64,000 bases of DNA from a candidate division WOR-3 bacterium (GCA_965649295.1 CBFGKH010000002.1:32001-96000), one strand, 5' to 3'. Positions 39,344 through 49,457 are shown, counted from the first letter of the stretch. The notes: generated by a model from the letters alone, not told the origin. A program made the numbers and translations.

Positions 39344-41530
39344 CTAGACTGTCAAATCGCCACTTGTCTGTGCCAGCAGCAGACCGAGAGAGCTTGTTAG
39401 CTTGATTGCGAGCGCGGCCAGGGCTGCTGCGGCCAGACCAAGGGCGGGAACCAGTACCAGGCTTGTTGCCAATCCGCCGACAAAGCCACCGGTCAGGTCA
39501 AGGGCAGTGATGAGGCCGGTGCGACGGCGAACTGGCTGGCCGGCAGTTGCCAGTGAGAATTGGAGGCCGAGCGCGATACCGACGAGGAGATTGAGAAGTA
39601 GAAGGAGGACTGCCGGCAGCGAAGTCAGCCAGACGAGACTGGCGAGCAGGCCGAGCAGGATGTCGGCAACCAAGAAGGCTCTTGGTGAGACACGACCGCC
39701 AATCGAACTGCCGAGTACGGTTCCGGCCATGAACGCGGCAGTAAGCACTGCCAGGCTCCAATAGACTGAGCCATAGCGCAACTGCCAGGAGAAGAGAACT
39801 AGTATCGGCAGGGCGGCGCCGGTGAATCCCGAGGATAGAATTGCCCACGGCACGGCGAAGGCCGAACGCCGGCGCCAGGCCAGAATTAGGACGACGAGAG
39901 CCAGTCCGGCAGCCATCAACCCCAGCGTCGAGGGCCGGATGCGGCTGACTGCTGTCCAGAGTCTTGCTGATGCTGGGGATGCGAGTCGGCTTTCCCTAAT
40001 CAGTGTAGCGAGAAGTTCTGACCGGGCAGCGTCGGCTGACCCTTCGACTGCGGCCTGCAACTGCTGCTGGCGCAGCGGACTGAAAAGCGAGGCGAGGTAG
40101 CCACTGTCGAGCAGCAGCCAGTTGCCAGGCGGAAGTGGTCCCGATAGAACTGGGCGATTCGCGGCGATGAGCAGCGGAAAGTCGAGGGCCAGTAACTGAA
40201 CGTGAGGAAAGATTGCTGCCAGTTGGCGGCGGCGGTGGGCAAGGAGAGTGGTCAGGTCGCTACTGAGTGCGGCTGGGTCACCAGGGCCAGGAATTGCCAG
40301 TGTTCCGGCAGGGGTCAGCCTTGTTCGACAGCGACGGTAGAAGTCTGGGGTGAAGAGGCGGCTGCTAGCGAGTGTTGTCGGCGCGGGTAGGAGCAGGATG
40401 ATGCAGTCGAAGGAGTCCCTGGTATTGCGTAGAAACGCGACCGGGTCCTGAGCCAGTACCCGGACATGCGGGTCGGCAAGCTGACTAGCAACAGTCGGGT
40501 CAATCCTCTTGATGGTGCTGGTCAGGCGAGCGTCAGGCTGGAGAATTGTAATCGCCAGTTCTGGCCAGTTGCGGGCAGCAGCCGCGGGCGCGCCCAGGCC
40601 TTGGCCGATGAGGAGGAGCTGGCGCGGATTACTAGCAGCGAGCAATGGCACTGCCACGAGCTCTTCGGCGGCAAGCGGGTCTAGCGCCGGAATTGTGTGA
40701 ACCGGGACGCCGTCGTAGAGCACGGTCGGACTGCCGGCTCGCTCGATGACAACAGTCAGGCCGTAGCGGGATGGTGTCAGGCTAGTTGCCTGGTAGCCAG
40801 GCCAAGCAAGCTGCCAGCATCCTAGTTCGAGCCTCGGTCCGGCAATCGCCAGCCCAAGGAGTATCGGTACCAGAAGCCAAGGCAGCATCCTGTGCTCGCT
40901 ACTGCCTGCGCCATTCTCCTTTTTCGGCGAAGGAGCGGGCAGGAAGAGAACAAGCGGCAGGGCGCTAGCAGCGAGCGTGGACAGGGTTGGGGCGCCGAGC
41001 GCGAAGAGCACCGCGAGCAGCAGTCCGGCTGTGACCGTGCCGGCACCGCGCCAGCAATAGGCTCGGCCACCCGAGCCAAGGCGGCTAGCAGCCCAGACAA
41101 ACAGCCAACCATGGCTCCAAGCCGGGATGAGTGTGAAGGTGAAGAGTATGGCGATTAGCGTTGGGATGGTCAGGGTTTGGCCTGGAGCAAGGCCGATGAT
41201 TCGGCGCACTGGGACGATTGCTGCTGCGGCTAGGACAGTGCCAACGATGGCGACGATGACAATCAGCGATAGATAGCGGGTCTCTTGCCTGGCCTTGATT
41301 TCTTCTTGCAGTGGCAAGGAAACGGTAAGAGAAGGGCCAGGATGGCGTGCGGCACCGGTCCAGCGGGAGCGACCAGCGATGGCAGCGCCAATTGCCTCCC
41401 AGAGGAGCCAGGCTGAGACGGCGATGCCGAGGGTCAGTTCGTTGCCAGCAAACGTGGCCATGAACTGGCGCAGGAGCACGGCTTGGGCGACAAGGCCGAA
41501 GAGTCCAAGGCTGAACAGCAGGTCTGGCAC
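39344..41530 (-). CDS. Fused membrane domain / spermidine-synthase-like protein (degenerate motifs)
   Basis: GNEL N-terminal TM motif, SRYG, central LLIGQG...FDCII...LFTPDFY..C...L...G domain, and C-terminal TMs. Confidence 0.7.
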   Translation of the reverse strand: MPDLLFSLGLFGLVAQAVLLRQFMATFAGNELTLGIAVSAWLLWEAIGAAIAGRSRWTGAARHPGPSLTVSLPLQEEIKARQETRYLSLIVIVAIVGTVLAAAAIVPVRRIIGLAPGQTLTIPTLIAILFTFTLIPAWSHGWLFVWAASRLGSGGRAYCWRGAGTVTAGLLLAVLFALGAPTLSTLAASALPLVLFLPAPSPKKENGAGSSEHRMLPWLLVPILLGLAIAGPRLELGCWQLAWPGYQATSLTPSRYGLTVVIERAGSPTVLYDGVPVHTIPALDPLAAEELVAVPLLAASNPRQLLLIGQGLGAPAAAARNWPELAITILQPDARLTSTIKRIDPTVASQLADPHVRVLAQDPVAFLRNTRDSFDCIILLLPAPTTLASSRLFTPDFYRRCRTRLTPAGTLAIPGPGDPAALSSDLTTLLAHRRRQLAAIFPHVQLLALDFPLLIAANRPVLSGPLPPGNWLLLDSGYLASLFSPLRQQQLQAAVEGSADAARSELLATLIRESRLASPASARLWTAVSRIRPSTLGLMAAGLALVVLILAWRRRSAFAVPWAILSSGFTGAALPILVLFSWQLRYGSVYWSLAVLTAAFMAGTVLGSSIGGRVSPRAFLVADILLGLLASLVWLTSLPAVLLLLLNLLVGIALGLQFSLATAGQPVRRRTGLITALDLTGGFVGGLATSLVLVPALGLAAAALAALAIKLTSSLGLLLAQTSGDLTV

Positions 41531-41806
41531 TGCAGCCCAATCGTAGGTCAGGTTCGGGTCAAGTCAACCGGCCAGTGTCGGGGAGCAGTTGACGACTGCC
41601 AGCGTGGTCAGCGTGGTAGGCCGGCAGCGACGGTCAAGACAGAGAGTCTTGTGACTAAGAGCAGCGAGGGGCGCAAGCACAGGGTTAGCAGGATGGGGGT
41701 AAGTCTGAGACCCTGGGCCTGCTGTCGGCAGCCGCAAATTGGCCATTGACAGTTGTAGCTAGTCCAACCGATACTTGTCCGGGACAGTAACTATAAAGGA
41801 GGCCCT

Positions 41807-42256
41807 GTGCTTCGTGAGTTCAAGGAGTTCATCGCTCGCGGTAACGTGATGGACATGGCCGTAGGGATCGTCATCGGTGCGGCGTTCGGTGCGATCATCA
41901 ATTCCTTTGTTAAGGATGTGATCATGCCGCCGATTGGGCTGCTGCTGGGCAAGGTTGACTTTGCCAACCTGCATGTGGTCCTAAAGGAAGGCACAACACC
42001 AGGTCCATATCCGACCCTGGCAGCGGCACAAGCAGCCGGAGCGACAACCCTGAATTACGGGTTGTTCATCAACGCCGTCATTAGTTTTCTAATAATCGGC
42101 CTGGCGGTGTTCATCATGGTAAAGGGTGTGAACCAGCTCAAGCGACCCAAGCCAGCGCCGGCAGCAGTGCCGACAACTAAGTCGTGTCCATACTGCTGCA
42201 CCGAGATACCAATTAAGGCGACCCGCTGCCCGCACTGCACGTCGCAGCTCGGTTAG
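41807..42256 (+). CDS. mscL: Large-conductance mechanosensitive channel with C-terminal Zn-ribbon
   Basis: [40 protein letters not shown]...CPHC. Confidence 0.96.
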   Translation: MLREFKEFIARGNVMDMAVGIVIGAAFGAIINSFVKDVIMPPIGLLLGKVDFANLHVVLKEGTTPGPYPTLAAAQAAGATTLNYGLFINAVISFLIIGLAVFIMVKGVNQLKRPKPAPAAVPTTKSCPYCCTEIPIKATRCPHCTSQLG

Positions 42257-42340
42257 CTGGTTGTGGTCTAGCTTGACCGCAACCGGCCAGCGGTCATAAT
42301 TGCCGACGACTGCTAAGAATAGCTGCCCAAAGGAGGCAAG

Positions 42341-42574
42341 ATGGCTGACAACGCGGCGCCGGCAACTGCTCCGGCGGCAAAGAGTAGGACAACCGCCCTG
42401 ATTCTCTGTATTCTGCTTGGCGGGCTTGGGGTCCATCGGTTCTATGTCGGCAAGGTCGGAACCGGCATCGTCTGGTTGCTGACAGCCGGTGTGTTTGGTA
42501 TCGGCTGGCTGGTGGACATCATCATGATTGCCACCGGCAAGTTCAAGGACAAGCAGGGCAACTCCCTCGCTTAG
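42341..42574 (+). CDS. TM2 domain membrane protein
   Basis: KS...[29 protein letters not shown]. Confidence 0.9.
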   Translation: MADNAAPATAPAAKSRTTALILCILLGGLGVHRFYVGKVGTGIVWLLTAGVFGIGWLVDIIMIATGKFKDKQGNSLA

Positions 42575-42691
42575 CTGATTGCGAGTAGTCTCCGGCCGCT
42601 GCCCGCGCAGCGGCCGGACGGCTTTCCGGTGCTTGACTTGGCGCAGCGTGACGGGCATAGTGAGGGCCGAGGCCGGTGAATTGAGGTCAAC

Positions 42692-43420
42692 GTGGAGCGC
42701 CGCTGCCGGATGAGCACGCTACTGCTGCTTGGGCTTGCGGCCGGGCCGATCGAAGCCGATGTCATCGAGCAGATTTTCGCTCGCCAGGCAGTAGTGGCAG
42801 CCCAGGTCTGCTCGCTCAGCTACCTAGCTCTGTACCAATACCGCGAAACCGACTATCGCCAAGACCGTCGGCAGGAGGTGAGCTGTTTTCGGCGGGTGAC
42901 GATGCGCGGCTACGATAATCAGCGGCACGACTTCCTCCGGGTTACCGTTGATGGCCGCGAGCTGGTCGGTGAGGAGATGGAGCAGGAGATTAGTGACCTG
43001 CGGGCCAAAGGGCTGATTGCCACCGGCACGAGGATGCCGTTTTTGCTCGAAACCCGCAACGAATATCGCTATCAACTGCTTGGCACAACCGAGCTGGCTG
43101 GTCAGGACTGCTGGCTTGTCGGTTTTGAGCCGGTGCGACCTTCGGGCAGGACGGTGCGCGGCCAGAGTTTCGTGCTCCGGGCGACCGGCGACATCATTCG
43201 CACCGAGTTTCGGCCAGCCCGAGTACCGTTTGTCGTGCAGGATATCGGGCTCGTGCTCGAATATGGTCGGGTCGGTTCCTACTGGCTACCGAGCCGATTT
43301 ACCTTCCGGATGGACTTGCGGCTGCGGTTGCTGGTAACAATGCTCGACCGCCGAATTGAGGTTGACGACAGTTACACCGACTACCATCTCTATCTCGGCG
43401 AGGCCAGTGGCAATGAATAG
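42692..43420 (+). CDS. Hypothetical exported beta-rich protein (possibly LolA/MucB-like fold)
   Basis: Short hydrophobic N-terminus; Y.Y.LLG...GQDCWLVGFEP and YWLPS patterns. Start uncertain (42692 or 42710). Confidence 0.6.
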   Translation: MERRCRMSTLLLLGLAAGPIEADVIEQIFARQAVVAAQVCSLSYLALYQYRETDYRQDRRQEVSCFRRVTMRGYDNQRHDFLRVTVDGRELVGEEMEQEISDLRAKGLIATGTRMPFLLETRNEYRYQLLGTTELAGQDCWLVGFEPVRPSGRTVRGQSFVLRATGDIIRTEFRPARVPFVVQDIGLVLEYGRVGSYWLPSRFTFRMDLRLRLLVTMLDRRIEVDDSYTDYHLYLGEASGNE

Positions 43421-43982
43421 CCTGCTGGCGGCGACGCTATTCAGCGGAGTCGGTTTTCTCTTTGGGGCGCTGCCGTTCTCGGTCTGGCTGGCACGATTGC
43501 GCGGCCGGGAGGTGCGGGCGTTCGGAGACGGCAATCCTGGTGCGGCCAATGCCTTTCGGGCTGGTGGCGCGGTAATCGGTATTGCCGCGTTGCTATTGGA
43601 CTTTCTCAAGGCCGGGCTGCCAGTAGCGGCTGCCTGGTGGTGGGCGCGGCTGCGAGGCTGGCCGATTGTGCCAGTCAGCCTGGCGCCGGTGCTTGGTCAT
43701 GCCTTCTCGCCATTCCTGCGCTGGCGGGGCGGCAAGGCGATTACCGCGACATTCGGAATCTGGGCCGGGCTAACACTTTGGCAAGGGCCGTCACTGCTGG
43801 GCGCGGCGTTTCTCGTTGGCAAGTTTCTACTGCGGCTGGCTGATGCCGGGACAGTGCTCTTTGGTATGGGCGTACTGCTGCTGGGGGCGATAGTGTGGTG
43901 GCGGTCGCCAGTGCTGGTCTTTCTGGCAATGGCGAACGCACTGCTTTTGGCCTGGACCCACCGGCGCGAGCTAAGACGATGA
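43413..43982 (+). CDS. PlsY-family acyltransferase
   Basis: GALPFS, GDGNPGAANA, DFLK, GHAFSPF, GGKAI. Confidence 0.85.
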   Translation: MNSLLAATLFSGVGFLFGALPFSVWLARLRGREVRAFGDGNPGAANAFRAGGAVIGIAALLLDFLKAGLPVAAAWWWARLRGWPIVPVSLAPVLGHAFSPFLRWRGGKAITATFGIWAGLTLWQGPSLLGAAFLVGKFLLRLADAGTVLFGMGVLLLGAIVWWRSPVLVFLAMANALLLAWTHRRELRR

Positions 43983-45130
43983 ACGTCTGGAACCTATTTG
44001 TTGATGCCTGGCGGGTGCTCATCTTTGTCGGGGTGCAGGGCCTGATTGCGGTTACCAACGCATTACTGATGCGGCGGCCAGCAAGGTATCCTGCCGCAGC
44101 CAGGCAGCCGCTAGTCTCGGTGCTGGTGCCGGCGCGAAACGAGGAGGCGACAATCGGCGCCTGCCTCTGGTCGCTGCTCGACCAGACCTATCCGAACATC
44201 GAGATTTTTGTCCTCGACGACAATTCAACCGACCAGACGACCTATCTGGCAGCGAGCTTTGAGAAGCCCAAGGTGCACCTAATCGGTGGCCGGCCCCTGC
44301 CCAATGACTGGACTGGCAAGGCTTGGGCCTGCCATCAACTGGCCCAGGTTGCAAACGGCGAGCTACTGCTATTCCTCGATGCCGATGTGTTTTTGGAGCC
44401 AGCCGCAATTGAACAACTGGTCAATGCGCAGGCAGCCACCAATGCCCAATTCGTCACTGCGCTCAACCGGAACGAGGTTGTTACTTTTGGCGAACAACTG
44501 ACAGTACCGTTTGTGGTCTGGAGCATTGTCACCTTGCTGCCGCTCGGTCTGGCCTACTGGCTGCGGCGGGCGACAGTCTTCTCGGCGGCCAACGGCAAGC
44601 TACTACTCTTCACCCGGCAGGCGTATGAGCAGACCGGCGGCCATGCGCAAGTGCGGCAGGATGCGACCGAGGACTTGGCCCTGTGTCGGCAGGTGAAAAA
44701 GCTGGGGCTAGGCTGGCGCTTGCTCGACGGCAGCGAGATTGCCCGGGTGAGGATGTACAACGGTTTCGCGGACGCAGTAGCGGGTTTCTCCAAGAACTAC
44801 TTTGCCCTGTTCGGCTACCGAGTGGTGCCGGCCTTGTTTGTCTGGTTCTGGATTATGCTCATCACCTGGCACCCAATCTTCACCTTGGCGGCAACGATTA
44901 CCGCACCAACCGGCAGCACGCTGGCCAGTGCTCTCACGCTGCTACTGGTGGCTGGGCAGTGGTTGCTCATCAGCAGCAAGTTCCGACTGCCGCGGCGGCT
45001 AGCGCTGTTCCATCCGCTGATAATGACCGTCTCGGCATTCATCGGTGTCCGTTCGCTGCTACTGGCGCTTGGCAATCAGACAACCTGGAAAGAGCGAGTC
45101 CTGCCGCGGCGGCGACCGCGGCTGTTCTAG
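43979..45130 (+). CDS. GT2 membrane glycosyltransferase (CruC/CrtQ/HpnI-like)
   Basis: SVLVPARNE, DDNSTD, WTGKAWACHQL, DAD, ANG, ED, RMY..F...GFSKN. Confidence 0.85.
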   Translation: MNVWNLFVDAWRVLIFVGVQGLIAVTNALLMRRPARYPAAARQPLVSVLVPARNEEATIGACLWSLLDQTYPNIEIFVLDDNSTDQTTYLAASFEKPKVHLIGGRPLPNDWTGKAWACHQLAQVANGELLLFLDADVFLEPAAIEQLVNAQAATNAQFVTALNRNEVVTFGEQLTVPFVVWSIVTLLPLGLAYWLRRATVFSAANGKLLLFTRQAYEQTGGHAQVRQDATEDLALCRQVKKLGLGWRLLDGSEIARVRMYNGFADAVAGFSKNYFALFGYRVVPALFVWFWIMLITWHPIFTLAATITAPTGSTLASALTLLLVAGQWLLISSKFRLPRRLALFHPLIMTVSAFIGVRSLLLALGNQTTWKERVLPRRRPRLF

Positions 45131-45355
45131 ATTCGGTGCCGACTATCGGGGCGGGTTTGATTCGGACCGCCCCAGCAGCTATAATTAGTATCATGGCTGG
45201 GGCAGGATGCCGATGATAACACTGGGAATGGACCGAGGCTAGGCCTGGTAGATGGTAACGATGGGTGCAAAGCCGCTGCCAGTCCTAAAAGGCCGGTGCC
45301 CACAGACCCACAAACAGCCGCAAGCAAAGAGCATAGCTTACGTTTGGGAGGAAAT

Positions 45356-46564
45356 ATGCAGAGAATCGCCCTGACAGCATTACTATCGGTCGCCTTGCTC
45401 GGGATGCCCGGGCTTGCCCAAGAGCCGGAGTCAACCGATGTAACACCGATTGTCAATTCCGGTAACAACCTGGCCTTCAAGCTGCTGGTCCGGCTTAGTC
45501 GGACTGGCAACGAGAATGTCTTCGTGTCGCCCACCAGTATCGCAATGTGTCTAACCATGGCCTACAACGGTGCCGCCGGAACCACGCTCGGCGCAATGAT
45601 ACAGACACTGGGCTACGACGGCCTTGACCCAGAATACGTCAACCGGGCCAATAGCTTCCTGCGCAAAGAACTGACCGGCGCTGACCCCAAGGTGCGGCTC
45701 GACATTGCCAACTCGCTCTGGGCGCACAAGACCGTCGGGCTGCAGGAGCGGTTTGTCAGCCTCAATCAGAACTACTTCAACGCCCGGCTGAGTGTGATTG
45801 ACTTCGCCAGTCCAACAGCAGTGCCCGCCATCAACAACTGGGTGAGCCAGAACACCAATGGCCGCATCACCCAGATAGTGAACAAGCTCGACCCGGCCGA
45901 CCGCCTGCTGCTCATCAACGCCATCTACTTCAAGGGCAAGTGGACCGAGCCGTTCGACCCCAAGAAGACCGCGCCCCGCGACTTTTACCTGACCAAGACA
46001 AAAACGGTAAAGCGGCAGATGATGCGGCGCGAAGGCAGCTTCAACTATCTTCAGGACAACGGTTTTCAGGCAGTCAGCCTGCCTTATGGCGATGGCCGGC
46101 TGGCGATGTACATCTTCTTGCCCGACAGCCGCGACGGCATCATTGACCTGCTCGCCCAGATGAGCAAAGAGAACTGGGATGAGTGGATGGGCCAGTTCCG
46201 GCGGCGCGAGGGTGAGGTAGTCCTGCCGCGGTTCCGCATCGAGTATGACACGAGCCTGGTCGAGCCGCTGAGCCTCTTTGGCATGAGCGTCGCCTTTGAC
46301 CCGAAAGAGGCGAACTTCAGCTACATGGTCAAGCCGCCCGAGAACCTCTTCATCGGCGACGTCATTCATAAGACATTCGTCGAGGTAAACGAGGAAGGCA
46401 CTGAGGCAGCCGCGGTCACCGGCGTCAAGATGATGGCCACTGCCGTACCGACGAAGACCGACAAGTTCACATTCATCTGCGACCATCCGTTTGTCTGCGC
46501 GATTCGGGACAACGTGACCGGCGCAATCCTCTTCATCGGCACGATTGCCGATCCGAAACAGTAA
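45356..46564 (+). CDS. Secreted serpin (serine protease inhibitor)
   Basis: Signal peptide, NVFVSP, NAIYFKGKW, VNEEGTEAAAVT hinge, FICDHPF. GGAGG RBS before ATG 45356. Confidence 0.95.
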   Translation: MQRIALTALLSVALLGMPGLAQEPESTDVTPIVNSGNNLAFKLLVRLSRTGNENVFVSPTSIAMCLTMAYNGAAGTTLGAMIQTLGYDGLDPEYVNRANSFLRKELTGADPKVRLDIANSLWAHKTVGLQERFVSLNQNYFNARLSVIDFASPTAVPAINNWVSQNTNGRITQIVNKLDPADRLLLINAIYFKGKWTEPFDPKKTAPRDFYLTKTKTVKRQMMRREGSFNYLQDNGFQAVSLPYGDGRLAMYIFLPDSRDGIIDLLAQMSKENWDEWMGQFRRREGEVVLPRFRIEYDTSLVEPLSLFGMSVAFDPKEANFSYMVKPPENLFIGDVIHKTFVEVNEEGTEAAAVTGVKMMATAVPTKTDKFTFICDHPFVCAIRDNVTGAILFIGTIADPKQ

Positions 46565-46597
46565 AAGGCCAGACCTAGCAGTAAGAGCCTACTAGGA

Positions 46598-46634
46598 CAG
46601 AATCGCCGAGCAGGACTCGGCGATTCTGCTTTCT
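46598..46634 (+). terminator. Intrinsic terminator after the serpin gene
   Basis: 13-bp stem CAGAATCGCCGAG/CTCGGCGATTCTG followed by CTTTCT. Confidence 0.8.
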
Positions 46635-46932
46635 ACGCAGCACAGCCGACAAGGTGAATTGCTGGCCTGTCGTCAGGCAACGCCAGCAGTAGTCTTCGAA
46701 GCCTGACCGCAAGCTAGTCCTCTGGCAGCTTCCGGAGCAGAATCAGGCACGCGTCCCCAAGCAGTGCGAATAGTCGTCACTGGCGTAGCCAACGAAGCGG
46801 CCTGGCAATGCCAGTCAGGGGCCGTCGCGATGGCACATCCGCAGGCCCAGTTGCAGGTGGTCATGCAATAAGACCGGCAAGCCGACTTAGGAGCGATGTC
46901 AGGACAGGCTTGTGGACTGGCCGAACAAGAGG

Positions 46933-46953
46933 CTCGGGAGACCATCCCGGGGA
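46933..46953. repeat. Degenerate dispersed palindromic intergenic element, copy 2
   Basis: CTCGGGAGACCATCCCGGGGA, with flanks similar to 2735-2810. Confidence 0.45.
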
Positions 46954-47423
46954 TGGAGGAGGGGGAGAGAAGGGAAGCAATATATCACATTGTAAGGCCT
47001 AGATTTAGGCTAATAGCGACCCTGCAGGTTCTGCACCCGAAAAGGGGTGCAAAGCCCTGACCATCAGTCTTCAATATTGAGCGGGTCTGTGTCGCGTCGG
47101 CCGTGAAACGACGTGCGCCAGCCGCGAGCTGGTCAGCGATAGTTGTACCTTGTTGGTCGCGTTGCGTGGAAGACCGGTCTCGTGGGCCTACTGGCGGTAA
47201 TTGAGTCGAACGCAAGTTCGCAATAGTGAGCTTGAGTGGGATGTCAAGCGCAGTCAGCAGCGGCTTGGCTGGTACCTGTGTAGCCGGTGTAGAACATGGC
47301 TTGCCGAGGGTTGACAGGCAAGCTATGATTGGCCTGTGGCGGAACCGAGCAACGTGACTCCTGAAGCGGTGAAGCGCTTGTGCTGGAGTTCGAGCGCGAG
47401 CTGCTAGCCTAGTCGCTCGTGGT

Positions 47424-47451
47424 TTGACTGGCTCGGGCAGTAGATTATAAT
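47424..47451 (+). promoter_or_regulatory. Sigma70 promoter of rpmA
   Basis: TTGACT-16-TATAAT. Confidence 0.75.
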
Positions 47452-47489
47452 CTCGGTCCGACAATCCAACCTGTTTAGGAGTCAATCAG

Positions 47490-47747
47490 ATGGCACACAA
47501 GAAGAGTGGCGGTTCTGGTAAGAACGGACGTAATAGTCCGGGCCAGCGGCTGGGTATCAAGGCCTTTGGCTCGGAGCGGGTGACCTGCGGTTCGATCATT
47601 GTCCGGCAGCGGGGTACGGTGATTCTGCCGGGAGTGAACGTCGGCCGCGGCAAGGACGACACGTTGTTTGCGCTGGCGGACGGAGTGGTCAAGTTCGAGC
47701 AGTGCGGCAAGTCGAAGAAGCGCGTGTCGGTGGTCGCGGCTTCCTAG
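47490..47747 (+). CDS. rpmA: 50S ribosomal protein L27
   Basis: [39 protein letters not shown]. Confidence 0.97.
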   Translation: MAHKKSGGSGKNGRNSPGQRLGIKAFGSERVTCGSIIVRQRGTVILPGVNVGRGKDDTLFALADGVVKFEQCGKSKKRVSVVAAS

Positions 47748-47826
47748 CCACTACGAACGCAGTTTCTTTGTCGCTGCTAGGGCCTCTTCGCAGAAGAAGA
47801 GGGGGCAGCGGTATGCGGAGGTTGGC

Positions 47827-48549
47827 GTGAGAATCAAGTTTCTGGGGCATGCCGCCTTTCTGCTGACGGCGAGCGACGGCACGCGGATAGTTACTGACCC
47901 GTATAAGCCGGGTGCGTTTGACGGTGCTATCAAGTATGGGCCAATCCGGGAGGCTGCCGATTATGCGACGGTCAGCCACGACCATCTTGACCACAACAAC
48001 GCGGCTGAGCTGCCGGGCAAACCGGTAGTGATAGGGCCAAGCCAAGAGTCAAAAGCCAAGAGTCAAGAGCCAAGAGGACGAAGCGAGAAGCTAGAGGGGC
48101 GCGAGCCGATTATCCGAACCCGGGCCGGCAGCGTGGTGATTACCGGGTTTGATTCGTTTCATGACACCGAGCAGGGAGCGCAGCGGGGGAAGAACATTAT
48201 CTTTCTGTTTGAGGATGCGGGGCTGCGGCTGGCGCATCTTGGTGACCTCGGGCATGTGCCCAAGGAGCAGGCGGCGGCGATTGGCCGGGTAGATGTCCTG
48301 CTGCTGCCGGTGGGCGGCTATTACACGATTGGGCCGAACGAGGCGGCGAAGGCAACTGAGCTGCTGGGTGCCCGGGTGATTATTCCGATGCACTTTGCGA
48401 CCAAGAAGACGAATATGCCGATTGCCGGTGTTGAGGAGTTTCTGCGCGGACGGCCGAATGTGAAGCGATTGGGGACGAGTGAGGTTGAGGTGACGCCGGC
48501 CAGTCTGCCCCCAGCACCGGAGATTTGGGTGCTGGAACACGCACTCTAG
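47827..48549 (+). CDS. MBL-fold metallo-hydrolase with in-frame heptamer-repeat insertion
   Basis: GHAAF, TDPY, SHDHLDHN, HLGDLG, PVGG, IPMH. GGAGG before GTG 47827. Confidence 0.88.
   Translation: MRIKFLGHAAFLLTASDGTRIVTDPYKPGAFDGAIKYGPIREAADYATVSHDHLDHNNAAELPGKPVVIGPSQESKAKSQEPRGRSEKLEGREPIIRTRAGSVVITGFDSFHDTEQGAQRGKNIIFLFEDAGLRLAHLGDLGHVPKEQAAAIGRVDVLLLPVGGYYTIGPNEAAKATELLGARVIIPMHFATKKTNMPIAGVEEFLRGRPNVKRLGTSEVEVTPASLPPAPEIWVLEHAL
48040..48095 (+). repeat. Heptamer tandem repeat inside a CDS
   Basis: AGCCAAG AGTCAAA AGCCAAG AGTCAAG AGCCAAG AGGACGA AGCGAGA AGCTAGA. Confidence 0.85.
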
Positions 48550-48606
48550 TGACTGCTGATTTGTGGCGGCCGATTTCCGATTGGGCAGGATGAAGCGAGG
48601 CAAAGC

Positions 48607-49449
48607 ATGAGAGAGATTGGGTTTGATGTGATCAGGGATACGGTTGCCCGGCTGTGTATCGAGGCGAACTGCTATCTTGGTGATGATGTGGTGCAGGCGT
48701 TTCGGCGCGGCCTGGAGATTGAGGAGTCGCCGGCTGGCCGGGATGTGTTGAATCAACTGCTCGAGAATGAGCAGATTGCCCGCAAGGAACTGCTGCCAAT
48801 CTGTCAGGACACGGGCTGGGCCGTGGTCTGGGTTGAGATTGGCTCGCAGGTGCGGGTGACGGGCGGCGAGCTTTATGACGCGATTCAGCAGGGCGTGGCC
48901 AAGGGTTATACCGAGGGCTACCTGCGCAAGTCAATTGTCGAGGACCCGTTGCGGCGCAAGAACACCGGCAACAACACGCCGGCCATCATCTACACCGACA
49001 TTGTACCGGGCGACAGGCTGAAGCTCGTGGTCCAGCCCAAGGGTGGCGGTTCCGAGAATATGAGTGAGGTGAAGATGCTTTCGGCGGCGGACGGCGCCGA
49101 GGGGATCAAGAAGTTTGTGGTTGACCGGGTGGCGCGGTCGAAGGCCAATCCGTGTCCGCCGATTATTGTCGGCGTCGGCATCGGCGGGACGTTTGAGAAG
49201 TGCGCGATGCTGGCGAAGAAGTCGCTGCTTAGGGAGATTGGTTCAGTTCATCCTGACCCTTTCTATGCGGAGATGGAGAAGGAGCTGCTCGAACGGATTA
49301 ACAAGCTTGGCATCGGGCCGCAGGGACTGGGTGGCAGGGTGACAGCGCTGGCCGTCTTTATCGAGGCATTTCCTTGTCATATTGCGACGATGCCCTGCGC
49401 CGTGAATATCAACTGCCACGCCGCGCGGCATAAGACAGTGGTGCTCTAG
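48607..49449 (+). CDS. Class I fumarate hydratase / tartrate dehydratase, alpha subunit
   Basis: PICQDTG, GYLRKS, KGGGSEN, CPP, CHAAR. Confidence 0.93.
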   Translation: MREIGFDVIRDTVARLCIEANCYLGDDVVQAFRRGLEIEESPAGRDVLNQLLENEQIARKELLPICQDTGWAVVWVEIGSQVRVTGGELYDAIQQGVAKGYTEGYLRKSIVEDPLRRKNTGNNTPAIIYTDIVPGDRLKLVVQPKGGGSENMSEVKMLSAADGAEGIKKFVVDRVARSKANPCPPIIVGVGIGGTFEKCAMLAKKSLLREIGSVHPDPFYAEMEKELLERINKLGIGPQGLGGRVTALAVFIEAFPCHIATMPCAVNINCHAARHKTVVL

Positions 49450-49457
49450 GGGGCGAG

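Noticed and set aside
45192..45215. Leaderless 7-aa uORF MAGAGCR upstream of the serpin
   Set aside because: Too short and featureless to support without conservation data.
47025..47065. c-di-GMP-I riboswitch suggested by GAAA...GCAAAGCC
   Set aside because: Lacks the GGCAAA and GACGC elements and the downstream receptor stem.
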